From assembly GCA_951406725.2 (NCBI GenBank), contig OX597830.1, positions 43,648,001 through 43,712,000 of the forward strand: DNA of 64,000 nt. The letters run 5' to 3'. Below the pieces are notes generated by a model. That model searched no databases. It saw only the letters and a program-made list of their open reading frames with translations, and had not been told where the DNA came from. The stretch comes from Octopus vulgaris. Taxonomy: Eukaryota. A program made the position numbers and the translations under genes. Shown here piece by piece: positions 27,410-41,731 of this stretch (within the stretch, counting starts at the first letter, position 1; each line of letters starts with the position of its first letter).

Positions 27410-27790
27410 GGACAGAACATTGATTAGCTATGATGCAAAGGGCCACAGAAAGATCCATGCTAGGATCATCATTAAGAGATTGTATTCAAAATGAGATAAT
27501 TGAGAATGGAGTGGAATGAATAATGTAATCACAGAATACCAAAAGTAAGGGTTCCACTGGGCCAGACATGCTGCAAGGTTCACAGGCAACTGGTGGACCC
27601 ATGCAGTTGCCAATTGGTAACCAAGAGATTGGAAAAAGGGCACTTAGAAGGCCCCTTTGATGGGAAGATGATTCAGTCAATCAGTTTGGGTCAAGATGGA
27701 AAAGAATGATGCAATCAAGACAGAATTGGAAGCGCTTTGTGACCAGTGGTGTATTACAGCATCTGATGGTCTGGTTGATATTATGATGCT
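27410..27790 (+). mobile_element. Old fragment of a second RTE family (C-terminus)
   Basis: FHWARHAARFTGNWWTHAVANW*PRDWK..WEDD resembles RTE WAGHVAR..W.P...RP..RW.D. Confidence 0.6.
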
Positions 27791-27925
27791 ATGATATATG
27801 TAATATATATATAATATATATGTATTGTAAAATGTATTATATGATAAATAATTTATTAAATTTTTGTTATGCACATGGAATTGTCTGACATGAAAACAGT
27901 CCATGATGCAAAAGTGGTTGGGGAT

Positions 27926-29254
27926 TCATCATCATCATCATCATCATCATTTAACGTCCGCTTTCAATGCTGGCATGGGTTGGACGGTTCAACTGGGGTC
28001 TGGGAAGCCAGAAGGCTGCACCAGGCCCAGTCTGATCTGGCAGTGTTTCTACAGCTAGATGCCCTTCCTAACGCCAACCACTCCGTGAGTGAAGTGGGTG
28101 CTTTTTACGTGCCACCGGCACAGATGCCAGACGAGGCTGGCAAATGGCCACAATCAGATGGTACTTTTTATGTGCCACCGGCACGGGGATCAGACGAAGC
28201 TGGCAACAGCCACGGTCGGATGGTGCTTTTACGTGCCACCGGCACTGATATTACAGCTACAAATTCCATTGATGTTGATAGATTATGATTTTGATTTTCA
28301 CTTGCCTCAATGGGTCTTAACAAGTGGAGTTTTGTGTCCCAAGAAGGAAAGGAATGCATAAGTGGGCTGGCTACATCCCAGGTGTAGGCCACGGGATTAT
28401 GGCCTCACTTGTCCTGCCGGGTCTTCTCACGCACAGCATACTTCCATAGGTCTCGGTCCCTAGTCATTTCCTCGGTGAGACCTAAAGTTTGAAGGTCGTG
28501 CTTTACCACCTCGTCCCAGGTTTTCCTGGGTCTACCTCTTCCACAGGTTCCCTCAACCACTAGGGTGTGGCACTTTTTCACACAACTATCTTCATCCATT
28601 CTCGCCACATGACCATACCAGCGCAAACGTCTCTCTTGCACACCACAACTGATGCTTCTTAGGTCCAACTTTTCTCTCAAAGTACTTACACTCTGTCGAG
28701 TATGAACACTGACATTACACATCCATCGGAGCATACTGGCTTCATTTCTTGCAAGCTTACGCATATCCTCAGCAGTCACGGCCCATGTTTCACTGCCATG
28801 TAGCATAGCTGTTCGTACGCATGTGTCATACAATCTGCCTTTTGTTCTGAGCGAGAGGCCTTTTGTCACCAGCAGAGATAGAGCTCTCTGAACTTTGCCC
28901 AGGCTATTCTTACTCTAGCAGTTACACTTTCAGTGTACCCGCCCCCGCTGCTGACTTGGTCACCTAGGTAACGAAAGCTATCAACTATTTCTAGTTTTTC
29001 TCCCTGGAATGTGGCGGAAGATGGTCTCTGTGTATTTTCAGTGTTTATTACTTCTGAGCATCTGCCACATACAAAAACTATTTTCCTAGTTAGCCTTCCT
29101 TTGACATTGCTGCACCTCTTATGTGTCCATAGCTTACACTTGGTGCATCTTATAGAGTTTCTACCTACGCCTTTTCTACAGATCGAGCAGGGCCATCTAC
29201 CTGAGGGTGTTTGTGATTTGTCTACCTTCCTACTTATTAGAACTTTGGTTTTAG
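27926..29254 (-). mobile_element. Young 5'-truncated RTE of the same family as 3538-6860
   Basis: ORFs 28866-29294 and 28405-28869 are very similar to the 5.5-6.4 kb peptides; (GAT)n tail. Confidence 0.95.
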
Positions 29255-30866
29255 ATTGCTGATATAAAAAGAATTCTGCAATAATGTATTGCAAGACTTG
29301 TTTGAAAAACCTTATCCAAAATACCAGAGATATGATATTGTTGTTTAGTTCCTGGTCAACTCTGATCTAGTTGATCTGTGAGAAAAAAGCCTTCTAACCA
29401 TGAACATCCCAACTTTTTATCTGGCATAGTGAGTATAGCTTAAACAACACTACCAAATGTCCTTTTTCTTCAAATTCTGTCATGAGGCCATCAGTTTGGT
29501 GGGAGGGGTAGTCAATTACATCGACCTCCCCCCAGTTTCCAACTTGTACTTATTTAATCACCCCCACCACCCGCCCAAAAAGCTGCAAATGAAAGCCAAC
29601 CTTGGTAGTATTTGGACTCAGAACATGAAGACGGATGAAATGCTGTTAAGCATTTTGCTAGCTCACTACCACCTGAAAAGTTTATTATAATATTAGTTTC
29701 AAATTTTGGCACAAGGCCATCAATTTGGAGGATAGCTGTTAAGTCGACTACATCAACCCCAATTTTCAACTGGTACTTATTTCATCGATCCCAAAAGGAT
29801 GGAAAACAAAGTTGACCTTTGCGGAATTTGAACTCAGAACACAAAGACAGGCGAAATGCCACTAAGCTTTTTACCTGATGTGTTAACGATTCTGCCAGCT
29901 TACCACTAATAATGTATTATAATAATGAAGATTTTGGAAATGAGATTCCCAGCAAGAAATCATGAGATCATGTAGAAAATCTTTGGCTGGTTCTTAAAAA
30001 CATTAAATTTTCCTTATTAATGGTGAGGTGGGGTATAATTCTCATTTGTCATCAGATCTTTTCTCCACACTTTACACAGAAATAGTATTCCATTCCAGAG
30101 GTAATTTTTCACTGAGACCATTCAGGCAGTGGCATTCATCCATCATGGTTTAGGACGAATGGTGTAGGTATGTAGAATGGAAGTGAAGAACCAATATGTT
30201 GAAACAGTCATGTGTTGAAGAGAATTTCCCAGGATTTTGCAAGCTAAATATCATTCATCACTTAAATCTGTAATTGTGTTTTTAGCGGTGGGTGCTGAGG
30301 TGGGATATAAAAATGTTTCAAGTTACATCCACCTTGACACTCTACCCCCAGATTTGAGTGAGTTACACCAGTGAAAGGGGAAAGTTGTTGTCATGATATA
30401 TCTGTGAGAGTACATATGGACTCATAAATCCACATATATATACTATAAATCTGTAATTTTCAATTCTTTTTGACATGGTAGGCCACTGGAGATCAAAGAA
30501 AATATTACTGACTCATTTCACACAGAAAGTTAAAAATAACTTCAAGTCAAAGTTAGAACTATAGAAACAACACAGAGAAAGCTATCACTTGCCTTGTTTT
30601 AATTAATTAAACATGGGAATCAGTTAATTGGGTATTACACATTTTCTAAAAATTCAACCATTTCTATCAATCTTCAAAGGATTAAAGTAATATTGTTGAA
30701 AGTCTACATACGTATCTTTTATCTTTTACTTATTTCAGTCATTAGACTGTGGCCATGCTGGGACACTGTTTTAGTGGTTATTTTAGCCAAATAAATCACA
30801 CCTAGGACTTATAAACACACCAACACCAGTTGTCAAGTGGTGGTGAGGGACAAACACACACACACG

Positions 30867-30940
<74 letters not shown>

Positions 30941-32131
30941 CAATGCATCCTGGCTTTGCCTGGGTGTTATGGCCCACAGCCACATTGAATTATTTGTTCC
31001 TTTCTTATGGGGCAGATTTGGCACAGCTAACATTTAGTAAACTGGATTACTAGTGTAATGGAAGTTACTGTTTGTTTAAAAATGAAATGGGGGGGGGAGG
31101 GTACAATTTGCATTGGTTTGCATGAAAGTGCTTTTTGTTCTTGAGAAGAATCACAAACTATGTATTTGTTTCATCATATAAAAGGGGATTAATACGCTTT
31201 TGCCCAGAAATCATATTTTCTTCCTGTCCCCTCTGCAATTTCTTAATTTGTAACTTTTTATCAAATTTTTTTTTATCCACGAATCTGGGAAAAATATATA
31301 TTTTTTAAATCTAATTTTTCTTAAAGAAACTCAGTACCCCTTCCCCTACCTTGCCTACCCACCCCCTACCTGCTTTCAAAAAGCTAAAACCTCCCAATGT
31401 TTCACTTTTGTCTGATGTTCCACGTATGCATAGAATTGTACTGAAATAGCAGACGTAAAAAATAATCAGACCATTACCAGAAAGCCCGATATACTAGAAA
31501 TAACAGGTAAACAACATTATTTCTGAAGAAACTTCCCCACTTTCCAAAAACCTAAAAGTGAAACATTGGGAGTTTGTAGCTTTTTGAAAGTGGTGAGGTG
31601 ATGGATAGATGTTTGGGAATGAGATTTTAGTGTTTCTTTAAGAAAAAAGAAGAGAATTCTTAAAGATTCATACTCTCTCCTTTTTTTTTTTCTCCATGGA
31701 ATACCAAGAAAAATATTTGGAAAAAAGTAAGAAATGAAATTAGGGCAGGGAGGGAGAAAATTATTGAAAACGTGTTTTTTGGCTGAAATCCTTTTCTCCT
31801 GTATGGAAAGCATGGGAATTGGAGGAAATTTAGGAAAAAAATAAGGTGGTGGTGGTGCAAATGTCACTTCAGATATACTGGAAACAACAGGTAAAGGATA
31901 GGATTTCTGGGAAAATTTCTTTTTAACTTCATATTGAAGATCAAGTTTTTAAATACACTCATCGCAAACACAATTTACAGAATAGAAAAAGATTATTTCA
32001 ATTGGATTTGAGCTGTAATTTTGCGTATACACATAGCAAGAAATAACATAATTTGTACATAAGTTTTACCTAGAGAGAGAGAGAGAGTGTGTGTGAGTAT
32101 GTGTATGCATGCGTGTGTGTGTGTGTGTATG

Positions 32132-32171
<40 letters not shown>

Positions 32172-32263
32172 CATGTATGTGCCAAAGAAAGTTATGTTAT
32201 GGCATTCTTTCGTTTGAAGCAGCAAAGTTATCAACTCAATCATATGGTAATTCATATTGGATC

Positions 32264-32758
32264 TGCATGAACACCACCCTGTACATAACTCCATGTCCCC
32301 CTACATGGCCTTGCTTTTTGCTTTTTGAGCTGAAAAATTAACTTAACTTAACTTAACTTATATGATCCTGTGGGATGACGTCAGCAGCCGGACGTCAGCA
32401 GCGGGGTGCGTCGACCGGAAGCTGGGGCAAGCGGAAGGGGTCAGCCGTCAAGCGTGCGCAGGGGGCGGAAGTTGACCTTTCCAACGTGGGTCGTGCGGGC
32501 GACAAGACGTGCGAGGAAGTCGCTCACACGACCCACGTTGGAAAGGTCAACTTCCGCCCCCTGCGCACGCTTGACGGCTGACCCCTTCCGCTTGCCCCAG
32601 CTTCCGGTCGACGCACCCCGCTGCTGACGTCCGGCTGCTGACGTCATCCCACAGGATCATATAAGTTAAGTTAAGTTAAGTTAATTTTTCAGCTCAAAAA
32701 GCAAAAAGCAAGGCCATGTAGGGGGACATGGAGTTATGTACAGGGTGGTGTTCATGCA
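32264..32758. repeat. 495-bp GC/CpG-rich palindrome with 232-bp perfect arms and a 31-bp imperfect centre
   Basis: 32264-32495 is the exact reverse complement of 32527-32758 by eye; the centre pairs partly around a 15-nt loop (32504-32518); no TSD. Confidence 0.97.
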
Positions 32759-33128
32759 AAGAGTTCAGGCCATTTCTGGTCAAGAGTAACTTTGAACCGA
32801 GCGGTCGTTGGCATCGTTTCTTAATTTCCACAAAAATTCTTTATTTGTTTATGCTTTGAAGAGAGCAGAAAATGAAAGAGAGGAGAAAGTGAAAGCTGTA
32901 TGTACGTGTATATGAAATGGATGTGTGTGTGTGTGTGTGCAGTACACGTTTGTGCGTGCGTTTGAGAGGGAGAGAAAGAGAAAGAGTGCATGAGTGAAGG
33001 TGTGTGTTATATATGTATTTTTTTGCATGCATGTGTAAGTGGCACTCACTCTCTCTCTCTCTCTCTCTCTGACAAACATCTGTCATATACACGTACATAA
33101 ATACATATGCATACATCTTTCTTGTATT

Positions 33129-33169
<41 letters not shown>

Positions 33170-33550
33170 ATGTGAGAGAGAGAGAGAGAGAGAGAGAGTG
33201 AGGGACTGTAATTTCTCATACCATATACAGAAATGGATATCTTTTAATGAAATGTTTTTTGCTTGTGGCTTATTTTAATACAATATTTTTATGTGCATTT
33301 CCATAAATGTTTGTCTGGGTAGAATTATACGTACATGTGAAACATTAGAAGCAAATTGAAATATTGCCCAAAAATGACCTCAAAATTGTGCAACCCGACC
33401 TCATTTCCAAGATTATTTTAGTAGTAAAAAAGAATTTTTATGCCAAAAACATAGTTTATTTGGTAGCAGAAAGATTACTGAATATTTTGATACCTCATAT
33501 GTTAAAATCGGCAACACAGTTTTCGAATCCATAAGGAAAATAGGTACATG

Positions 33551-33617
<67 letters not shown>

Positions 33618-35557
33618 GTAAGTGAAAATAAAGTTTATTTGGTACCCAAAAGATTATTGAATCTTTTTATACCTCATACATCAAAATCGTCAACTCAGTT
33701 TTCGAATGCATAAGGAACATATGTGCGTGCACACACACAAACTCTCTTTTATTTATATAGATATAAACAACAGGCTTCTTTCAGTTTCCATCTATCAAAT
33801 CCACTCACAAGGCTTTGGTTGGCCCGAAGCTATATTAGAGGACTTTTACCCAAAGTGTCACACAGCGGGACTGAACCCAGAACCACATGATTGGGGGGGG
33901 GATCAGAAATAAAACAATGTTTTGCCGATATATAAACACACATATTCATATATATTCATAAAAATATACATATAGAAATAGATAGATGTACATGTATACA
34001 AATATCTTTTGTGGAAACAGTTGTAATATTTATATTAACTTTTCCTTTGGACCAATCAAAATTTTCTGCTTAGCATTTATGCTTTTATTAAAAGGTGAAT
34101 AGATCCGGCTTCTCTTCTTTGAAAAGGTAAACTGGAATTTTAGATAGAAAGTGAAAGAATACATTATTATAATAGCTGCTGTACAGAAGAAATTTGTGAA
34201 CACCCCGTAATTTAAGGAACAACAGGTGCTAGAAAAATACACATGAGAAGGTAATCGTGAGAATGTCTATTCATTAAAAGTAAATCCATGTAAAGCAACA
34301 ACCACACAAGCAACAAGAACAACCACAACCTTCAGAATAATCTTTTCAATATATTTACTATAAAGCATTTGATTAAAAATACAGTAAAAAGTCCTCCACA
34401 TTTCTCAGATGGAGAAACCTTCATTTGGGAATTTTAGAAATGCATTTGAAAGAAAGGATTAAAGAATAAAAAAAAAATCCATTGTGTCATGCAGGTTTGG
34501 TATGACGTAGACAAGGTTTTACAGGGAAGTCTTTTCATGAGAATTTTGATGATGGTGATGAGGATGATGCTATTGTTTAGCCCCTACTCAATTGTGATGT
34601 AACAGACTTAGAAGTTACAGGCTTTGCAGCTATTACCCTCATGTCTAGGGCTATTTAGAATATATTATCTGTCAGTTTTTCTATCTTTTACTTGGTTCAG
34701 GTCATTTGACTGCAGCCATGCTGGGGCACCGCCTTGAAGAATCTTTAGTCAAATGAATCAACCCCAGAACTTATTTTTTAAAGACTGGTACTTAATCTGT
34801 TGGCTCCTATTGCCAAACTGCTAAGTTACAAGGATGTAAACACACCAACACCAGTTGTCAAATGGTAGTGGGGGACAAACTCAGACTCAAATATATACAC
34901 ACCTAAACATATATATACATATATATACAAAAGGCTTTTTTCAGTTTCTGTCAACCAAATCCGCTCACAAATCTTTGATCGTCCCAAGGTGCCACACTGC
35001 CACACAGTGGGATTGAACCCCAAACATCACACATCCAAGCCTGTACCGATATATGTATCTTTTATCTTTTACTTGTTTTGTGGCCATGCTGTAGCACTGC
35101 ATTGAAGATTTTAGTCAGAAAGAGGAAGAAAATCAAAGGTGGGGTGGGGGAGGATAGATAATGAGAAAGAAGGAGCGAGAGAGAGGTTTCTTTTCAATTT
35201 GATGTGATCAACCCATTGAAATATCATTACAAAGTATTTTTTCTTTTTCTCTTCCTCCTTTTTCCCTTCTTATTGTATACCTTTCGACATATTTGTAAAT
35301 ATATGCATTTTTCTCATAGTAGGAAGAAATGGCTAAATAAATTTTTTCAAGATGTCAATTTTAGAAAGTAGGATGGGAAAAATAAGAAAAGAGAAGAAAA
35401 AGAAACTTCTCTCTATCTATCCCCTGCCCCCACTTTGCTTTTCTTCTCCTTTTTCGATTGTCCTGCTCCCAAAAATATGCTTTCTTTTTTCTTGTTTGTC
35501 TCTTTTCTTCAAAAACCAAAATTTTCTCCCCTTCTAAACAAACAATATAATTGAAAA

Positions 35558-35603
<46 letters not shown>

Positions 35604-38107
35604 ATCTTTTTCCCCCTCTTTGCTTTTCTTTCTTGATTGTCCTGCTCCTTATTTTTCTCTCTTTCTCCTTTTCTCCAAAAAAAAAACAAACAAAATTTCT
35701 CCTTTTCTAAACAAAACAAAAAACATCTGCATTATTTACATTTGATGGATATTTGTCCTCATCTTGTTTTATTGTTAACACAACGTTTTGGCTGATATAC
35801 CCTCCAGCCTTCATGTATGTATGCATGTGTTTATGCGGAAAGACACGGAAATATCTGGGTATGCAGTTGGCCCACTGGGAGTGGAAGGCCCCTCTGTTGT
35901 TGTCATATCATCTCTCTAGTAGAGGGAAACTCAGAGAGAAAACCTGCGACACTGACAATATTCGATGATGTAGACTAGTTCTTCTTTTCGAGTTTGTATT
36001 GTCCAAGTGTATAGAATGGGATTGGATTTGTGAAAATCCTTTCCCCACTATAAAAAAGTCATCATGCACAGGCATCACTTGAAAAAAAAAGTAAGACCTA
36101 TCATAAAAATGGCTGGTGATAGTCTTTGCGTCTTTGCATGTGTTGGACTTTTGATCAGGCAATGGCAATACTCAAACATGAGTTTTCAGCCATTGTGTGT
36201 GTATTATGTATGTATGTGTATATGTACTATGGCACTCCATTGGTTACGATGATGAGTGTTCCAGTTAATCCAATCAACGGAACAGCTTGCTCATTTATTA
36301 ACATGCATGTGGCTAAGCACTCCACAGACACATGTACCCTTAACGTAGTTCTCAGGCAGATTCAGTATGACACAGTGTGTGACAAGGCTGGCCCTTTGAA
36401 ATACAGGTACAACAGGAACAGGAAGAAAGAGTGAGAGAAAGTTGTGGTGAAAGAGTACAGCAGGGTTCGTCACCACCCCCTGCCGGAGCCTTGAGGAGCT
36501 TTAGGTGTTTTCACTCAATAAACACTCACAACGCCTGGTCTGGGAATCAACGGAACAGCCTGCTCATGAAATTAACATGCAAGTGGCTGAGCACTCCACA
36601 GACACATCTACCCTAATGTAGTTCTCGGGGAGATTCAGTGTGACAAGGCTGGCCCTTTGAAATACAGGTGCAACAGAAACAGGAAGAAAGAGTGAGAGAA
36701 AGTTGTGGTGAAAGAATACAGTAGGGTTCACCACCACTCCCTGCTGGAGCCTCAATAAACACTCATGACTGTGATCCTGTGACTTAGTCTGCTGCCCTAA
36801 CCACTGGGCCATTGTGCCTCCATATGTGCATATGTATAGAAATATAACCAATAACAACTAATATATACTCTGGTGTATACGTCTGTGCATGCACATCTAC
36901 ATGTCTGTAAGAGCATAAAGAGTTTTTTTTTAAACAGGTGATTAAACAAACATTAAATGAAAGATTTACTGTTTTTTGTTTATTTTTTGTTGTTTTTTCC
37001 TCATTAGATAATTTACCTCAAATTTTGTTTTGTTTCTTACTTGCAAGTAAATCTTGTTCTTAATAATTAAATATGATGGTTGAGTGACATCAGTTCCATA
37101 TTTTACTTTCCTTGGTTTGTACACTGGTTGACATTCTCTCTTCTCTAAACATAAGTTTGTTTCTTTTTTTTAATGTAACTGCAAATGAAATGAAATGCAC
37201 AAAACCAATGTATGATAGACCATAGATCATTTTTTGGTGACAGAGTGTTGAAATGCAAAGCTCAAATTGAAATGCTTTTAAAAGAAAGTAAGTATGTCAG
37301 CAAGACATACAGCTAAACATAATCAAGAGAAAAAAGACCAACTTTTCCACATGTAACAAAAGCTTGTATAGGTTAGGAAGCTCACTACATTTAACTTGCT
37401 CTCACTGTGCAAAAGGACATGATTAATAATGAAATTGACACTACCAAGTCTCTCAGTGGTACACATAAAAAATGTCTTTAGTATGTATGAATTTATTCTG
37501 TTAATTTTGGCACAACACCAATTGGTCTCAGGTTCTGGGGGTAAAAGGTTGGTCAATTTTGATTTGTGCTTTCTTTTTATTTTCTCAACCCATTCCAATC
37601 ATTCCTCTAATGGATGGTTGACCTCTGTGGTATTTGAACTTAAAACAGGCAAAGGGATGTGATTAACCCTTTAATATTCAGATTTAAGCAGTTAAATTAA
37701 GTACCAGTTTCATACTGGGGTCAATCTAATAGACTGCCCTCCCCAAAAAAAAATTTTGAGCCTTCTGCATAGAGTAGAAAATAATATTCAGATTAAGCAG
37801 TTAAATTAAGTACCAGTTTCATACTGGGGTCAATCTAATCAACTGGCCCCCACCTCCCCAAATATTTTTGAGCCTTCTGCATAGAGTAGAAAATAATATT
37901 CAGATTAAGCAGTGTTGGCAGACAAACACTAACAATTAGACACACACACAAATACACAAATTAAACAAAGAAGGTCACACATCTATCTCTGCCATTTTAC
38001 TGTCCAAAATCCTCATTAAATAACAATAAAAGATTCTTTTATTATCTATTCTCTGTGGTAGATTTTAATAATTTATGAAATATTCTCTTTCTGTAAATAA
38101 CATTATA

Positions 38108-39184
38108 CAAAGTGCATTCCAGAAATTTTGAGACTTTCTCAGGAGAGACATTCATTAATTCCAAAGAAATACAAAGTAGGATCCTCTGACCTCAACGCAC
38201 TCATTGTAGCACTCTCACCCACTAGTGAAGGACCCATGGAAGTCCTCCACAGTGAAGGAGTCCAGGACCCTTGCCACAGCCTTCTTCATCTTCTCCTTCA
38301 GCTTGGGGAACAACCAAAAGGCACAAGGAGCATGGTCTGGACTGTGGGGAGGATGAGGGGACAGTTTCCACACCAATTTCTGTCAAGTAGTTTGTTACCA
38401 GGATGGGATTTTGACTGTCGAATAGAGCTCTGGCCTTTTGTGATGAAATTTGTTCCTCAACTCCCTCAAAACTTTCATGATGTACTTGCTGTTGACTGTC
38501 TGACAAGAAGGGACCTGGTGGATGTAGATGATGCCCTTGCTGTCAAAAAAGGGGATCATCATGAGCTTTCTGGTGGACTTGTTTTATCTGGCTTCTTGTG
38601 CTAATGAAAAGCAATTGCTTAGCTCATACAAGTTAATCCATAAGTAGTCTGGAGCATTTCACAAGTTCTTGCAGCATTTCTGCCCAGTTTAACTCTGTTA
38701 CCAACTCGTCTGAAACAAGCTTTGGCTCTGTAATACAAATATCTTGTTTTCATAAGTTTTGAATTAAAATCTTCCACCAAAGCTTAGTCACAATTTATGT
38801 TCCTAACACTAGCTTAATGATAACTAAGTTATTTTACTAAATTCTTTGTTATATTTAAAATTAATTGAAAGAAACACAGAGCATCTCAACAGAAATACAG
38901 TAATGATATGGTTAAAAGAACAAAACTTTACAGCATAGCAAGCTTCCAAATTGTCTTCACGCTTAACTGCATTCTGCAAACAAGTCAGCTGTAACAAGCT
39001 GTTTTCTGCAGGGTGTGTTCAAAATGCTGTTACAGCTGTTCCTTCCACCCTGGAATAACAAAAGTTGGTAGGTTAGCTTATTAGATGTATAGTAATGTTG
39101 TACTAAAATTGCAAAAATCCAGGGACAGTTGTAACAGCTTCTGCCTTTCCTAATTGGGTCTCAAAATTTCTGGAATGCATCTCA
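38108..39184 (-). mobile_element. Internally deleted mariner with a nested TTAA MITE
   Basis: TA-flanked TIRs (tgcattccagaaattttgagac); PHSPDHAPCAFWLFPKLKEK..ECVEVRGSYF. Confidence 0.85.
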
Positions 39185-40459
39185 TAAGTAACTGTCACCA
39201 GCTTGTAGGCTTCTTGAGCTGCAATCAATATCATTCTTCAGTGGAGAAGAAAGAATTCTGATTGTCTTTTATATTTTGTCCTTTACTCGTTTCAGTCATT
39301 AGCCTGTGGCCATGCTGGGGCACTATATTGAAGAATTCTTTTAGTCTTGAGAGAAAATTTAATCACATTTCTTAATCCTTTTGGAAAATGGTAAATGTTT
39401 TTTATTTTGTGCATGTTTCAGTCATTGGAGTGTGGCCATGCTGGGGCACTGCCTTGAAGGGTTTTAGTTGAGCAAGACTTATTTTTAAGACTGTTACTTA
39501 TTCTATCAGTGTGTTTTGCTGAACTGCTAAGTTCAAGAGAGTAAACAAACCAACACTGGGTGTCAAGTGGTGATGGGAGGGGAAAACATACACACACACA
39601 CATATGTGCACACACACACACACACATATGCATGCACACATATTCACGATGGGCTTCTTTCCGTTTCCGTCTACCAAATCCACTCACAAGATATTGGTTG
39701 GCCAAGGGGCCATGGTAGAAGACATTTACCATGGTGCCAAGCAGTGGGATTGAATCCAAAACCATGTGGTTGTCAAGTGAACTCCTTAACCATACATCCA
39801 CCCCTTTATCATTATATGTAACCATGATCCTAGAAACATAGAAGCAAACTTATTTAATCAATCGCTTATACCAAACTGCTAAGTTACAGGGACACAAACC
39901 AACCAACACCACATATCAAGTGATGGTGATTGACAAAAACATACACAGTAGATACATACATCATCATCATCGTTTAATGCCTGCTTTTCATGCTGGTATG
40001 GGTTGGACGATTTGATTGAGGACTGGTAAGCCAGGAGACTGCACCAGGCCCCAATCTGATCTGGCAAGGTTTCTACAGCTGGATGCTCTTCCTAATGCCA
40101 ACCACTCCGAGAGTGTACCGGGTGCTTTTTATGTGCCACAAGCACAGGAACCAGTCAGAGGGGGACTGGCATCGACCCACAATTGAATGGTGCTTATTAC
40201 ATACCACCAGCATGACAATGATGATGATGATGATATACATACATACATACATATATATATATATTGGTAAAAACGGTAAGATAACAAAAGAAAGAAAGAG
40301 ACCTCAATATTATGTAAATAGAGGAATTTATCTGTAAATATGTGACAATTATTCGGTAGATGGCCGGATAACTGAAGAGATGGTGGTGTGGAATTCCACC
40401 TCAGCATCCAAAACTCAGAGTTTTATCTTGGCTACGGAATAATTGTCACATATTACATT

Positions 40460-40559
<100 letters not shown>

Positions 40560-41055
40560 CACGTAAATGTCAAACTATAAAAATGAATGCTCAACACTGT
40601 ATTGGTGGATAGAATTTATTTATTTATATTTTAAGGCTACCAATGGTTTCATGTTAAGGAAAATATCTTAATACCTTAACAATTTTTCAAGAGGATCACA
40701 TGGAAGAAGGATGTTTGTCTCTATTTTGGATAAAAACTTATATATAATGGGCTTTCAGTTTCCTTCCATCAAATCCACTCACTAGGCTTTGGTTAGCTTA
40801 GGGCTATAGTATATTTCTGTTCAAGGTGCCATGCAGTGGGACTGAACCTGGAACCTTGAAACCACACAACCATGTCTTCTCCTATAAGATAATTTATTCC
40901 TCTTTTTCCCCTGTCATCCTTTTCTTGTTTCTATTAGAATTAGGCACAGATGTGACTGTGTGGTAAGAAATGTGCTTCTTAACCATATGGTTCTGGGTTC
41001 AGTCTCACTGCATGGTACCTTGAGCAAATGTTTCCCACTACAGCCTTTGTAAGTT

Positions 41056-41122
<67 letters not shown>

Positions 41123-41267
41123 AAAATTAGTTCAAGTAGAACATTTTGAACATTTTGAACTTGGGGGGGGGGGGTTCCCAAAAAGTTAGATTTCTAATAA
41201 AGATTCTTCATATCAAAGTAGTAACTTGGTATTATTATTGCAAGTATTTAAAATATGAAAATATGAC

Positions 41268-41692
41268 AATTAAAAATGAGTTACGAGTATTATAGGATAA
41301 AATTCTAAATAAACCCAACTAACATTAACATGCTCCTATCTCTCCTTTTTCCTCTTTCACATTCCTGTTATGAATATCCAATCAACTTTATCCAACACAG
41401 GCTCTCTGTAGTTTTATTATAATATTCTTTTGTTAATACCTTTTTTTGGTGTTCTATTAATTTCTTCCACTGAAAAGAATGGTAAAACACAATTAAATTA
41501 ATCTAATTTGATTATTATTATGATTAATTTAATTTTTTCCATGCTTTCTTACATGTCAGTATTATCATTCGAAACGATCGTATGGATTAAAAATTTATAA
41601 AAACTTTTAACATCTTCTCTTCTCCATTTTTAAACTCTTAGTTGGATTTATATAGGATTTCATCCTATGATACTCATAACTCATTTTTAATT
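41268..41692. mobile_element. AT-rich palindromic MITE-like element
   Basis: aattaaaaatgagttacgagtattatagga is inverted as tcctatgatactcataactcatttttaatt. Confidence 0.6.
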
Positions 41693-41700
41693 TTTATATA

Positions 41701-41730
<30 letters not shown>

Positions 41731-41731
<1 letters not shown>

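Noticed and set aside
32375-32647. Mirror ORFs MTSAAGRQQRG.. on both strands
   Set aside because: A by-product of the GC-rich palindrome; no recognisable domain.
34030-37662. Short ORFs in apparently unique sequence (34030, 35908, 37323, 37429)
   Set aside because: No known motifs or convincing splice-site pairs.
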